In this document: positions 44,709 to 55,092 of the stretch, in pieces
Layout of the letters: every line of letters starts with the position of its first letter
Numbering within the stretch: the first letter of the stretch is position 1
DNA from: Thermodesulfobacteriota bacterium
GTDB taxonomy: Bacteria; Desulfobacterota; Desulfobulbia; Desulfobulbales; SURF-16
Length of the DNA stretch: 64,000 nt
NCBI GenBank assembly: GCA_039715015.1
Contig: JBDLIE010000006.1
Coordinates: 29,405 to 93,404 of the forward strand
Reading direction: 5' to 3'
The notes under the pieces: generated by a model
What the model saw: only the letters and a program-made list of their open reading frames with translations
The model's database searches: none
Told to the model about the DNA's origin: nothing
Translations under genes and position numbers: made by a program

Positions 44709-47700
44709 TTAGAGCTGTACCTCCTGCCCATCCTCGTCATCTTTCAGGCTGAAAAAGCGGCGCACATCCTCGAAGATCATATAGAGGGCCGGAATAATCA
44801 CAAGCGCGATTACCGTGCCAAAAAGGATGCCAAAGGCCAGACTGATGGCCATGGGAATGAGAAACTGGGCCTGGGTGCTTTTCTCCAGGATGATGGGGCT
44901 CAGGCCGAAAAAGGTGGTCAAAGAGGTGAGGAGGATAGGCCGGAAACGGCGTTGGCCCGCCTCAACAATGGCATCCCGCAGGCCCATGCCCCGGGCCCGG
45001 AGCTGATTGATATAATCAATGAGCAGCAGAGAGTCGTTGACCACCACCCCAGCCAGGGCAACAATACCGAACAAGGACATGATGGCGATATTCTTGCGCA
45101 TGATAAAATGGCCCCAGACAGCGCCCACCACCCCAAAGGGAATAGAAACCATAATCAACAACGGCTGTATGTAACTGCGCAGTGGAATGGCCAGCAGGGC
45201 GTAGATTGCCAGCATCGAGATCTGAAACCCCCGTTTCATGCTGCCCAGGGACTCCTTGCGCTCTTTACTCTCGCCCTCCAGATCAATGGTCAAGCCCGGA
45301 TAATCGTCCTGAATATCTCTTAAGATACCGCGCTGCAGATCAACAATGATTTCCTCGGCATTGGCCACCTTACTATCCACCGAGCCAGTGAGGTTGGTCA
45401 CCCTTTTCCGGTCACTGCGGTTAATTTTGCTAAAACCCTTTGATTCAACGATATAGGCGGCCTGCCCCAGAGGGATCTCGCCGCCGTCGGGGGTACGAAT
45501 CCGCAAATTTTCCAGGTTCCAGAGATGCTGGCGCTCCTTCTCCGGGTAGCGAACCATGACTTTGACCTCATCCCGGCCCCGCTGAAGACGCAGGGCCTCA
45601 GCCCCATAAAAGGCGCCGCGCAACTGACGGCCAAGCTCTTCCTCGGTAACGCCCAAAGTTCGGGCGGCCGGCTTGAGTTTAATCTTCATCTCCTTCTTGC
45701 CGCGGCTCAAGCTGTTAGTGATATCCCCAACACCGGGGTACTCCGCCAGGCTAGCCCGCACCCGCTCCGCAGCATCATCGAGAACCTGAAAATCATTATG
45801 GCCCAGACGGACATCAATATTGGCCCCCATATGGACCAGATTATTTTCAAAGGTCAGGGCCTCAACCCCGGCAATCTCTCCCACCTGTTTTCGCCAATAG
45901 TTGGCCACATCATTGGAATCCACCGACCTGAATTCACTGGGGGTTAGATTAAGGGAAAGCCTGGCCAGGTGGGAACCGCCACTACCCACAGTGGAGTAAA
46001 GATGACGAAGGATGGTCTCTTCGCCCTTGGGCAGGTTGGTGTCAAAATAGGCGATGGTATCCTCCGCCTGTTTTTCAATAAACTGCTGAACCTCTCTGGT
46101 CTTCGCAATGGAGGTACCGGGCGGCATCTCCAGGGAGACCCTGATGGTATTGCTCTGCACCTTGGGCATAAAACGGAACTTCACAATACCGCCGGCCACC
46201 ATGCCCATCGTTACAATCAGGGTTGCAATGGCAATGCTCATGGTCAGGTAGCGGTGATGAAGGGCCCATCCCAAAAAACGGCGATAGGGGCCGCTAATAA
46301 AACCACTGAGCCATTTACCAAACCTTTGACGGAGCCGGTCCGGTCCTCTGAGAATGGCCCATAGCTCGCCACTTTGGCTACCCGATCTTGACAAATGGGC
46401 CGGCAAAATAAAAAGACATTCCACCAGGGAAACCAGGAGGATGAGGATGACCACCTTGGGGATGGTATTAATAAACTTGCCCATCATGCCACTGACATAA
46501 AAAAGCGGCACAAAGGCCGCAACCGAGGTGAGGATGGCAAAGACTACCGGCGTGGCGACCTGGGAGGCACCTTGCACTGCCGCCTCTCGAAAAGAGAGGC
46601 CCTTGGCGCGGTGGGTGTAGGTATTCTCGCCAACGACAATGGCGTCGTCCACCACAATTCCCAGGGCCATGATAAAGGCAAAGAGGGAGATCATATTGAT
46701 CGAGGCATCCATGGTGGGCATAAAAAGAAAGGCGCCGAAAAAAGAGATAGGAATACCCAGCATGACCCAGAGGGCCAGCCTGACCTCTAAAAAAAGTCCG
46801 AGAATAAGCAGAACCAGAGCAAGACCCATGAGTCCATTACCGACCAGGAGATCAATCCTGCTGACCAGGGCCTCGGAACGGTCCTTCCACACTGCCAACT
46901 GCACCGAGGCAGGGAGGCTCTCACCCTTCTCTTCCACATATTGATAGACAGTGGACGAAATATCTTTTGGGGTCTGCTCGCCGATTCGGAAAATTTCAAT
47001 CATGGCGGCTGGTTTGCCATCAAAAAAGGCGGTCTCATCGGTCTCGGCAAAATCGTCGCGGATAGTGGCGATGTCAGAGAGCAACACTTCACTGCCGTCG
47101 TCTTGGTGGACGATGGCAATGGTGCCATATTCCGTTCCCAGATAACGGCGTTCCTTGGTGCGGACAAGCACCTCGCCACTGCCGGTCTTAATGGTGCCGC
47201 CGGGTAAATCTAAAGAGGCCTGCCTGATTCGGCGGGCAACCTGGTCGAGGGTCAGGTTATAACGGCGCAGGGTATGTTCAGGAATATCAATGGCAATTTC
47301 ATAAGGCCGCACCCCGGAAAGATCGGCCTGGGTGATGTTGGGCAGGGCCAGGAGCTCATCACGGATGGCATCTGCCGTCTCGCGCAATCCCCGTTCAGGT
47401 AAATCGCCATACACGGCCAGGGTCAATACACTCCGGCGGCGCAGGATATTACTGATTACCGGTCGTTCTGCTTCACCGGGGAAGGTGGTGATACGGTCCA
47501 CCTCACTCTTAATATCCTGCAGTACCTGGTCCTGGTCCTCTTCCGGATAGAGTTCGGCCAAGACGCGGCCCATGCCCTCAGAGGCAGTGGAGCGCACCTC
47601 TTTAATGCCATCAATACCGGTGAGGTTTTCTTCGATTTTGAGGATAATCCCCTCTTCCACCTCTTCCGGCCCGGCCCCCGGATAGGCCACCTGTACTTCG

Positions 47701-47837
47701 ACAAAGTCCAGGGCGATATCGGGGAAAACCTCCTGGGTAATCTGTAGACCCACCACCAGACCACCGATGATAAAAACCAGCATCATAAGATTGGCGGCCA
47801 CATGGTTGTCCGCCATCCAGCGAATTGCGCCCTTCAT
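44709..47837 (-). CDS. RND efflux permease (AcrB/AcrD/AcrF family)
   Basis: 1042 aa; GIVVDDAIVVGEN, GVVVNDSL, RFRPILLTSLTT. Confidence 0.96.
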   Translation of the reverse strand: MKGAIRWMADNHVAANLMMLVFIIGGLVVGLQITQEVFPDIALDFVEVQVAYPGAGPEEVEEGIILKIEENLTGIDGIKEVRSTASEGMGRVLAELYPEEDQDQVLQDIKSEVDRITTFPGEAERPVISNILRRRSVLTLAVYGDLPERGLRETADAIRDELLALPNITQADLSGVRPYEIAIDIPEHTLRRYNLTLDQVARRIRQASLDLPGGTIKTGSGEVLVRTKERRYLGTEYGTIAIVHQDDGSEVLLSDIATIRDDFAETDETAFFDGKPAAMIEIFRIGEQTPKDISSTVYQYVEEKGESLPASVQLAVWKDRSEALVSRIDLLVGNGLMGLALVLLILGLFLEVRLALWVMLGIPISFFGAFLFMPTMDASINMISLFAFIMALGIVVDDAIVVGENTYTHRAKGLSFREAAVQGASQVATPVVFAILTSVAAFVPLFYVSGMMGKFINTIPKVVILILLVSLVECLFILPAHLSRSGSQSGELWAILRGPDRLRQRFGKWLSGFISGPYRRFLGWALHHRYLTMSIAIATLIVTMGMVAGGIVKFRFMPKVQSNTIRVSLEMPPGTSIAKTREVQQFIEKQAEDTIAYFDTNLPKGEETILRHLYSTVGSGGSHLARLSLNLTPSEFRSVDSNDVANYWRKQVGEIAGVEALTFENNLVHMGANIDVRLGHNDFQVLDDAAERVRASLAEYPGVGDITNSLSRGKKEMKIKLKPAARTLGVTEEELGRQLRGAFYGAEALRLQRGRDEVKVMVRYPEKERQHLWNLENLRIRTPDGGEIPLGQAAYIVESKGFSKINRSDRKRVTNLTGSVDSKVANAEEIIVDLQRGILRDIQDDYPGLTIDLEGESKERKESLGSMKRGFQISMLAIYALLAIPLRSYIQPLLIMVSIPFGVVGAVWGHFIMRKNIAIMSLFGIVALAGVVVNDSLLLIDYINQLRARGMGLRDAIVEAGQRRFRPILLTSLTTFFGLSPIILEKSTQAQFLIPMAISLAFGILFGTVIALVIIPALYMIFEDVRRFFSLKDDEDGQEVQL

Positions 47838-49009
47838 GGCTTTTCTCCTCCGCCCCGCAACCGGACGATAAGACCGTTTGCCGCGCCACTCACCGGGGTG
47901 AGAACCAGGAGATCACCATCAATCAGGCCTTTGTCGATCAACACACTCTCCTTTTCCTTACGGGCTATCACAACTTCACGCTGCACAAGCTGGTTTTTAT
48001 CATCAACCAGCCATACTCGATCTTCACCCTGGAGTGCTTTCCTGGGTATCCGGGCCACTTGGGGCAAAACACGGCCCTGAACCTCCACCTGGACGAAACT
48101 TCCCAGGGCCAGCTCACGGCCATGGAGGGCTTTTTTTTGGAGGAGATACGGGTCATCAATGACGATAACCACATCCACCATCCGGGTCTTGGCATCCACC
48201 TCACCAAGTGCACGGCTGAGAAATCCCTGCCAGGTAAACTTCTCGCTGCCCACGGCCATGCTTATGGTGGCCTGGGAGCCTTGTTTGCCGTTATTTTGCC
48301 GAGGGACATCAAGCCAGGGCAGGTCGGCTAAGGGCAAGGGTACTACAATTTCAGCGGCATCGGTGCCAGCCACCTCCAAAATCATGGTCCCGGCGCGCAG
48401 GTATTGGCCAAAATCAACATTCTTTGTGCGGATAAAACAGTTAAAAGGTGCCTTGATCCTCGTGCGGCCAAGGTTGACTTCAGCAAGTTTGACCTTAGCC
48501 TTGGCCGAAGCAACCGTGGCCTTGGCACTGGCCAGCTGTGGTTCATAGACCACCAGGGGGCGCGGTACAGTCTCCTCCTTGCGCAGCATCTGCCATTCTC
48601 TCCTGGCAATTACCGCCTTACCCTCTATCAGGGCAAAATCGAGTTGCGCCTTGGAGAGATCGGCCCGGGCCTGCTCAAGGGCCAGGACATAGTCTGTTTG
48701 TTCAATTTCAAGGAGCAAATCCCCCTTTTTGAAAAAAGCTCCCAACACCAGGTTAGGGGATACCTTTGTTACCACGCCGCTTACCTGAGGGATGATCTCA
48801 ACATGGCGGCGGGCTGCTACTGTGCCGGTTGCCCTGATCTTCACCGGCAGATCAACAAGTTTGACCGCCATGGTCTCCACCATGGGTCCCTGGCTGACCG
48901 GAGAGATACGCTTTGGAGCCTTACGGCCTTTGACCATGGCCAAGGCGACGAGCACGGCAAGGGCAAGGATCAGAATAGGAAAGATGAATTTAACAAATGC
49001 TTTTCTCAT
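47834..49009 (-). CDS. RND periplasmic adaptor subunit (MFP)
   Basis: N-terminal TM anchor, PQVSG, coiled hairpin, RTRIKAPF, VDAKTR. Confidence 0.93.
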   Translation of the reverse strand: MRKAFVKFIFPILILALAVLVALAMVKGRKAPKRISPVSQGPMVETMAVKLVDLPVKIRATGTVAARRHVEIIPQVSGVVTKVSPNLVLGAFFKKGDLLLEIEQTDYVLALEQARADLSKAQLDFALIEGKAVIARREWQMLRKEETVPRPLVVYEPQLASAKATVASAKAKVKLAEVNLGRTRIKAPFNCFIRTKNVDFGQYLRAGTMILEVAGTDAAEIVVPLPLADLPWLDVPRQNNGKQGSQATISMAVGSEKFTWQGFLSRALGEVDAKTRMVDVVIVIDDPYLLQKKALHGRELALGSFVQVEVQGRVLPQVARIPRKALQGEDRVWLVDDKNQLVQREVVIARKEKESVLIDKGLIDGDLLVLTPVSGAANGLIVRLRGGGEKP

Positions 49010-49025
49010 GGCTTTGTACGACCCT

Positions 49026-50474
49026 TCATTTAGAATCGGCCTCTTCTCTTTTTTTAAGGGCAGCGGGAGATGCCGTTATATTTTCAGAGCGATTACTCAT
49101 CTCCTCATCCATCCAGCTGCCGCCAAGGGCCCTGGCAAGCTGGATGCGGCTGGAAATCCGCTGGCGCTGGGCGACAATGAGGGCAATACGGGCCGAGGCA
49201 TCACTGGCCTGGGCCGTGAGCACGGGCAGGAAATCATCCAGTCCCTGCTGATATCTTTCCAGGGCCAGGCGCAGGGTGGCGGCCGTGACCTTTTGACGTT
49301 CCACCAGTATGTTCATATTGGCATCCACCCCCCGCTCTTTAACCAGGGCATCTTCCACCTCTTGGAAGGCCCTCAGTACTGTGAGGCGATAGGATGCCGT
49401 CCGTTCATCAAAAATGGCTTTTTGGCGCTCAACTTCCTGGCGGCGGCGTCCTCCATCAAGTAGGGGCTGAGCCATATTGGCCAACAAATTCCAAAACAGA
49501 TTTGGTGACTGCAGCAGGGAGTGAAGTTCGCTGCTCTGGCCGCCATAAGATGCGGTGAGTTTAAAACTGGGAAAACGATCGGCTATGGCTGCTGCCACCT
49601 GGGCATCCGACGCCTTAAGGGAGAGAAATGCCGCCTCAATGTCAGGGCGGTTGGTGATCAGGTCAGCAGGAAGGCCGTGGGCAAAGGAGAGCTGCAAGTC
49701 CGGCAGCTCAGCCAAGCCACCGAATTCCTGGCTTCCTGGCAGAGAGCCCAAGAGGACGGCAAGCTTATTTTCGGCAACCTGATTCTCAGCCTCAAGAAGG
49801 GGAAGTTCAGCCTTGGCGTTCAGCAGCGTTTGCTTGGCTTGATAGAGGTCTAGAGAAGGAGCGACTCCACGCTGATAACGCCACTCCACCAGTTCAACCG
49901 TCTTGGCAAAGGAATCGACAATCTCGCGGTTTAAGGAGATCCGGTCACGGCGTTCGACCACCTGGTAATACGCCTCGGCAAGCTGGGCGGCAAGGCTTAG
50001 ATAAAACGCCTTCAACTCATGGCCGGCTGCGCCTCTCTGCAGAGACGCGGCGTAGCGCTCCTGGGCCAGCTTTTGCCAGATATCCAATTCATAGGCGGCA
50101 GCCAAGGAGCCCTGATAGCTGGCGAGATCTGTACTGGAGCCGACAAATCGGCTCCGGCCACTGCTTGCCGACAGATCAAGAGTGGGCCACAGGGATGAGT
50201 GCTCTTTACGTTCCACGGCCTCGGCCTGTCTCAAGCGGGCCCAAGCAATTTCAAGGTCTAAATTAGCGGCAAAGCCTTTAGCAATGACGGCATCCAGCTG
50301 GGGATCGTTAAAGCTTAGCCACCACCTCTCGTAATCGGCCAGAGGCATATTCTGTCCAGGGACAAAAGCGCTGTACTGCTCTGGAACATCGGCAAAAGGG
50401 GTGGCCTGAGGCTCATAAAAAGAGCAGCCTGCCAGTAAAAACAAGATGGGAATTATCAAAATTTGAAATTTCAT
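49026..50474 (-). CDS. Outer membrane factor lipoprotein (NodT/OprM family)
   Basis: Lipobox LLAGC, WW.SFNDPQL, YELDIW, LPADL..RPDI, LARALGGSW. Confidence 0.94.
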   Translation of the reverse strand: MKFQILIIPILFLLAGCSFYEPQATPFADVPEQYSAFVPGQNMPLADYERWWLSFNDPQLDAVIAKGFAANLDLEIAWARLRQAEAVERKEHSSLWPTLDLSASSGRSRFVGSSTDLASYQGSLAAAYELDIWQKLAQERYAASLQRGAAGHELKAFYLSLAAQLAEAYYQVVERRDRISLNREIVDSFAKTVELVEWRYQRGVAPSLDLYQAKQTLLNAKAELPLLEAENQVAENKLAVLLGSLPGSQEFGGLAELPDLQLSFAHGLPADLITNRPDIEAAFLSLKASDAQVAAAIADRFPSFKLTASYGGQSSELHSLLQSPNLFWNLLANMAQPLLDGGRRRQEVERQKAIFDERTASYRLTVLRAFQEVEDALVKERGVDANMNILVERQKVTAATLRLALERYQQGLDDFLPVLTAQASDASARIALIVAQRQRISSRIQLARALGGSWMDEEMSNRSENITASPAALKKREEADSK

Positions 50475-51097
50475 CCTTCCATCCCTTTCACAATAAAATC
50501 GGTAAGCATCTCAATAACTTCACCAATACTTTTACTTTTATCCACGCTGCCGAGGATCAGCCCCTGGTTTTGAAAGGTCAAGGTGTGGCTCATGGCTCCC
50601 AGGGAAAATTGCAGCTTCAAGGCCACATCCTCTCTGGAGCGATGGGGCAAGGCCTTGCAGAGGAGATCGACAAGCAGCTCGATAACCCCGCGTACCCTTT
50701 TCAAAAAAAGCTGGCGTACCGTTTGATCAGGATCACTGAGTGAGCGCCCCACCAGCATCCGAAAATGGCCGGTGCCCGAGTCACGGTGAAGAAGAGCAAG
50801 GGTGGGTTCGGTAAAGCAGCGTAACACCTCTTCGACATTTGGTTTTTTACCGCTTTTTTCAGCCTGATCGGCAACGGCTTGCATCCGTTTAATCCGGATA
50901 TTATTTAAAGGCAGGAGATGGCGGTCAAAAATGGCCTCCAGCAAGGCCTCCTTGCTGCCGAAATGATAATTCACCGCCGCCAGATTCACCCCGGCCTTGG
51001 CGGTAATCGCCCGCAGGGTTGTATGATGGAACCCATCAATGGCAAAAAGTTCCTCTGCGGATTTGATAATTTTTGTTTTGGTATCAAGTTGGGCCAT
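50471..51097 (-). CDS. TetR-family regulator, PsrA-like
   Basis: TLRAITAKAGVNLAAVNYHFGSKEAL HTH; start taken at ATG 51097. Confidence 0.92.
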   Translation of the reverse strand: MAQLDTKTKIIKSAEELFAIDGFHHTTLRAITAKAGVNLAAVNYHFGSKEALLEAIFDRHLLPLNNIRIKRMQAVADQAEKSGKKPNVEEVLRCFTEPTLALLHRDSGTGHFRMLVGRSLSDPDQTVRQLFLKRVRGVIELLVDLLCKALPHRSREDVALKLQFSLGAMSHTLTFQNQGLILGSVDKSKSIGEVIEMLTDFIVKGMEG

Positions 51098-51104
51098 GGC
51101 GCAT

Positions 51105-51157
51105 TTCAAACACTTGTTTTAATGATTTATACTATACGTTTAAAACGCATGTTTGAT
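51105..51157. promoter_or_regulatory. Two PsrA-type operators (AAAC-N4-GTTT)
   Basis: TTCAAACACTTGTTTTAA (51105-51122) and TTAAAACGCATGTTTGAT (51140-51157), immediately upstream of the TetR gene. Confidence 0.75.
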
Positions 51158-51445
51158 AATGGCAAGAAAAATTCCTCCTTTTTCACAGTTAAGCAGGAGT
51201 CGTTGCCTGACACATCAGCCCTTCCGGCTGACAAGCACGGGGATTTTGGCCAAAATTTTCTTGTCAATGCCATGACCAGTCTGTACTATTGAAATGATTA
51301 ACAGGAATGCCTATTCCTTTAATGAAATTGCATGCCTGACATGGGCCACAAAAAATCGATCAACCATACCCGCTGACGTGAGCGGCAGGTTGTCAGTAGA
51401 AAATTCAAAGTTTATTTTTTTAATCTTTTAGAAGGAGCACTTACA

Positions 51446-51769
51446 ATGGCAAGCGATAAAATTATCCAAGTTACCGATGCTGATTTTGAAGAGAAGGTCA
51501 TTAAAGCTGACCTCCCCACCCTGGTCGACTTCTGGGCCCCTTGGTGCGGTCCCTGCAAAGCCATTGGTCCGATGATTGACGAGCTGGCTGCTGAATATGA
51601 AGGCAAGATTCAGATCTGTAAAATGAATGTTGATGACAGCCCCGAAACTCCTGGCAAATATGGCATTCGCGCCATTCCCACTCTGATCTTTTTCAAGGCT
51701 GGCGAAGTGGCTGACCAGGTGACCGGCGCTGTGGGTAAGCCGCAGCTGGTGGCCATGATCGACAAGTAA
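51446..51769 (+). CDS. trxA: Thioredoxin
   Basis: DFWAPWCGPCK, IRAIPT. Confidence 0.97.
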   Translation: MASDKIIQVTDADFEEKVIKADLPTLVDFWAPWCGPCKAIGPMIDELAAEYEGKIQICKMNVDDSPETPGKYGIRAIPTLIFFKAGEVADQVTGAVGKPQLVAMIDK

Positions 51770-51801
51770 ATTCTTACTACCCAAAAAGGTGGTATCGCGT
51801 T

Positions 51802-51832
51802 AAAAGTGGAACCAACGTTCCACTTTTTTTTT
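51802..51832 (+). terminator. Intrinsic terminator/attenuator after trxA
   Basis: AAAAGTGGAAC-CAAC-GTTCCACTTTTTTTTT. Confidence 0.75.
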
Positions 51833-51866
51833 GCGTTCATAATTACCTTAGCCCTTGTGAAACTGT

Positions 51867-52802
51867 ATGAGCAACCTTGATCACCAACTTATTATTGTTG
51901 GCGGCGGACCCGCTGGCCTCACTGCCGGGCTTTATGCAGCCCGAGGCATGGTGGATGCGGTTCTTCTTGAAAAAGGAGCGCAGGGCGGCCAAGTTATGCT
52001 CACCGACTGGATCGACAACTATCCGGGTTTTCCTGAGGGTATTTCAGGGTTCGACCTTTCCGATAAGTTTGCAGCCCAGGCCAAACGATTCGATCTTCAG
52101 GTCAAACAGGCAACAGTAACTAAAATGGACCTCGCCGGGCCTGTGAAAACCATCTATTTAGAGGACGGTTCAACATTAACCAGCCGGGCGGTCATTATCG
52201 CCACAGGCGCTCGTCCCAACCTGGTTAACGTTCCAGGGGAAGAAGCGTACTATGGTCGCGGTGTCTCCTACTGCGCCACCTGTGACGCCCCTTTTTACCG
52301 CGGCAAAACTGTTGCCGTTATTGGTGGCGGCAATACCGCTATCCAAGAAGCTGATTACCTGACCAAATTTGCCGACAAGGTCTATGTTATCCACCGCCGT
52401 GATGCCCTCCGGGCCACGAAGATCGTCCAGGAAAAAGCTTTTGCCAACGACAAAATCGAGTTTATCTGGGACTCGGTACCCACCGAGGTTATTGGTGATA
52501 TGTTACGCGGCGTTATCGGTCTTGCTGTTAAAAATGTCAAAAGCAATGAGGCCTCCCATATTGATTTGGACGGTGTTTTCGTGCTCATCGGCATCCGGCC
52601 AAATATGGAGATGCTGCCCTTGGACCAGCTCGATAACGATAAAGGCTTTATCCACACCAATGTGGAGATGCAAACCTCACAACCGGGTGTTTTTGCTGCC
52701 GGTGACATTATCTACAAAAATTATCGCCAGGTCGCCAATGCGGTGGGGGAAGGCTGCGTTGCCTGCCTCTCGGCAGAACACTTCCTTGAGAATAATGAGT
52801 AA
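51867..52802 (+). CDS. trxB: Thioredoxin-disulfide reductase
   Basis: GGGPAG, GVSYCATCD, GGGNTA, HRRD, FAAGD. Confidence 0.97.
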   Translation: MSNLDHQLIIVGGGPAGLTAGLYAARGMVDAVLLEKGAQGGQVMLTDWIDNYPGFPEGISGFDLSDKFAAQAKRFDLQVKQATVTKMDLAGPVKTIYLEDGSTLTSRAVIIATGARPNLVNVPGEEAYYGRGVSYCATCDAPFYRGKTVAVIGGGNTAIQEADYLTKFADKVYVIHRRDALRATKIVQEKAFANDKIEFIWDSVPTEVIGDMLRGVIGLAVKNVKSNEASHIDLDGVFVLIGIRPNMEMLPLDQLDNDKGFIHTNVEMQTSQPGVFAAGDIIYKNYRQVANAVGEGCVACLSAEHFLENNE

Positions 52803-52859
52803 TCCTCTCTGGTTACCTTCTATTAGATAAAAACTGCCTATTCCGTCTTCTCTGAAAGA

Positions 52860-52895
52860 AAAAACCAGGCACAGGCGCTGTGGCTGGTTTTTTTA
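52860..52895 (+). terminator. Intrinsic terminator after trxB
   Basis: AAAAAACCAG...CTGGTTTTTT hairpin. Confidence 0.7.
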
Positions 52896-53062
52896 TGGCA
52901 GAAATAAATTTTCCACGGTACAGATGCTCTTCTAAAAAAAAAATAATCGCCTGACTCAGCGTTTTTTTATGAACTATTTCTAAAATAAGGTTTCGTAAAA
53001 ATAAGGCTTGTAGCAAAAATTTCAATATTCACTCCGCCATCCCTGTTTTCCAAGAGGAATAC

Positions 53063-53794
53063 ATGAAGTACATCTCCCTTCTTATCTCCCCCTTACTTTT
53101 CATCGCCCTTATCGGCTGCTCAGGAAAATCCACTGACAAACCAATGGCCGCCGGCCCCGAAGATATCGTTAATGATGCCATGACGGCCTTTAACAGCGGG
53201 CGCTACATAACAGCTTTAAAGCATTTTGAGATTCTCACGGACCGTTTCCCCTTCAGCCAGTACAGCCTGATGGCCGAGCTAAAATCCGCAGACTGTCAAT
53301 ATTATGAGCATAATTATCAGGAGGCCATTGCTGCGTATCAGGCCTTTGAAGAAAACCATCCAACAAACGAGGCCGTACCGTACACCATGTTTCAGGTGGG
53401 CATGAGTTATTACAATCAGCTTGACAGCGTTGATCGTGACCCGGCCAGTGCTGTTGACGCCATTGCCGTTTTCACCAAACTTATTCGCAGCTATCCGCTG
53501 TCGTCCTATGTAGATGAAGCGCGGAGCCGCGTTATTGCCGCCCGTAATTTTCTGGCCAACCATGAGATGTATGTGGCACGTTTTTACATTAAAACCAATA
53601 AGCTGAAACAGGCTGAGGTACGCCTGCAGTATCTTCTCGATAATTTTCCTGACTCCAGTGTGACAGCCGAAGCCGAAAGAGTCCTGGCCATTTTGAAAAG
53701 CGGCAAGAAGCCGCGTGGTTCTTGGAAAGACTGGATCCCTGAACTGGGCATGCCCGATTGGGAGACCTTCACCTCCTTTAAACAAGGAGGCTGA
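53063..53794 (+). CDS. bamD: Outer membrane protein assembly factor BamD
   Basis: Lipobox LIGC, TPR repeats (RFPFS.Y, HPTNE), DRD, LANHEMYVARFY. Confidence 0.9.
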   Translation: MKYISLLISPLLFIALIGCSGKSTDKPMAAGPEDIVNDAMTAFNSGRYITALKHFEILTDRFPFSQYSLMAELKSADCQYYEHNYQEAIAAYQAFEENHPTNEAVPYTMFQVGMSYYNQLDSVDRDPASAVDAIAVFTKLIRSYPLSSYVDEARSRVIAARNFLANHEMYVARFYIKTNKLKQAEVRLQYLLDNFPDSSVTAEAERVLAILKSGKKPRGSWKDWIPELGMPDWETFTSFKQGG

Positions 53795-53832
53795 TCACCA
53801 TTCCGCCCGTGCTGGAGGCGGGCTACCCGCCT

Positions 53833-54033
53833 CTAAACCTCCTCCACCTCTATACATTCCGTGGGGCAAAGCGCTAGAACGGTCTCAAGGGCCTGGGTCA
53901 ACTCAACCTCATCACTGATGGCATCGGCCTTTCCTGTCATCTCATCGTAAAAAAAGATCTCCGGCATTTCAACAACACAGGCCTCACACCATTTACATCG
54001 GTAGGAATCTACAACCACCCGTACTTTTTTCAT
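53833..54033 (-). CDS. Single-cluster ferredoxin
   Basis: CKWCEAC...PEIF...CPTECI; start at 54033 or 54039. Confidence 0.85.
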   Translation of the reverse strand: MKKVRVVVDSYRCKWCEACVVEMPEIFFYDEMTGKADAISDEVELTQALETVLALCPTECIEVEEV

Positions 54034-54047
54034 TACCACTCCCGTAC

Positions 54048-54461
54048 TTAGGATTCTTTCAGCTTATCTTCTAGTTCCTGAATCCGGGCAAGATATTCCA
54101 TATTTTTTGCCTCAACCTGCTGGAGACGTCTGGCAATTTGGGTCACCATATCCTTCATGATGGGAAGTTCTTCGTTACTAAGGGCCATCTGAAAAGTCTG
54201 TTCATCGACCTGGATAATCCAGGTTTTCACTGCGGCCCGGACACTGGCATTACGCGGCTGGCCGGTGAGCAGCGACATCTCGCCGAGGATATCACCGGCA
54301 CCCAAGGTGGCAACGACTTCCGGTTCACTGCCGGGAATCTCTTTAAGGACCTCCACCTTGCCCTCCATAATATAGGCCAGGTGACCACCTTCTGCACCTT
54401 GGGCTATGATTGTTTCACCAGGTTCAAAGAGCTTTGTTTGAAATGTTTTTGCGCCTTTCAT
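54048..54461 (-). CDS. Stand-alone cyclic-nucleotide-binding domain protein
   Basis: GETIIAQG, GKVEV, LGEMSLL..PRNASVRA; no HTH. Confidence 0.88.
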   Translation of the reverse strand: MKGAKTFQTKLFEPGETIIAQGAEGGHLAYIMEGKVEVLKEIPGSEPEVVATLGAGDILGEMSLLTGQPRNASVRAAVKTWIIQVDEQTFQMALSNEELPIMKDMVTQIARRLQQVEAKNMEYLARIQELEDKLKES

Positions 54462-54541
54462 ACAATCTCTCCTTTCAAAAAGGACGTTCTCACTGGAAAA
54501 TTCTGCCTTAATGGCAAAGGAAAAGGAAAAGGAAAGGTGCC

Positions 54542-55090
54542 TTAGGCCTTTTCCTTGCGCATCTTTTTATCATACCGTTCCTGTTCGCTATAGATGCAAC
54601 CGCAATAGGGTTGGCGATAGAGGTCCATGGCAAGGGAGGCGTCAATTCCCTCCTGCCATCCTTGCCGAAAATCCTCATACAAGAAGACAAGACCATGCTT
54701 GGCAGCCAAATCTTCGCTCTGTTTGCGAATCTCAGCATGTTGCTGGTAGCGACTATAAAGAAGGCTGGTGGTGAAGGCCTCGAAGCCCTTTTCGGCGGCC
54801 AGGCTGGCCACCTCGGCTAAACGCATGCCATAACAAATCCGGCACCGTTCTTTTTCATTGTAGACCACCTGACGCAAATATTCAGTCAAACCATAATTAA
54901 CGTCATAAATAACCTCAAGGCCTTCCTTGGCCGCAAAAAGGCGCATGGCTGCCAACCTTTTTTTAAACTCCCGGAAGGGATGGATATTGGGGTTATAAAA
55001 ATAGCCGGTGACCTGGTGACCCTGCGCCCGTAGCTGAGAGAGGGGATAGATGGAGCACGGCCCGCAGCAGGTATGAAGCAAAATTTTCAT
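54542..55090 (-). CDS. queH: Epoxyqueuosine reductase QueH (DUF208)
   Basis: LLHTCCGPC, FYNPNIHP, CRICY, YRQPYCGCIYS. Confidence 0.92.
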   Translation of the reverse strand: MKILLHTCCGPCSIYPLSQLRAQGHQVTGYFYNPNIHPFREFKKRLAAMRLFAAKEGLEVIYDVNYGLTEYLRQVVYNEKERCRICYGMRLAEVASLAAEKGFEAFTTSLLYSRYQQHAEIRKQSEDLAAKHGLVFLYEDFRQGWQEGIDASLAMDLYRQPYCGCIYSEQERYDKKMRKEKA

Positions 55091-55092
55091 CT

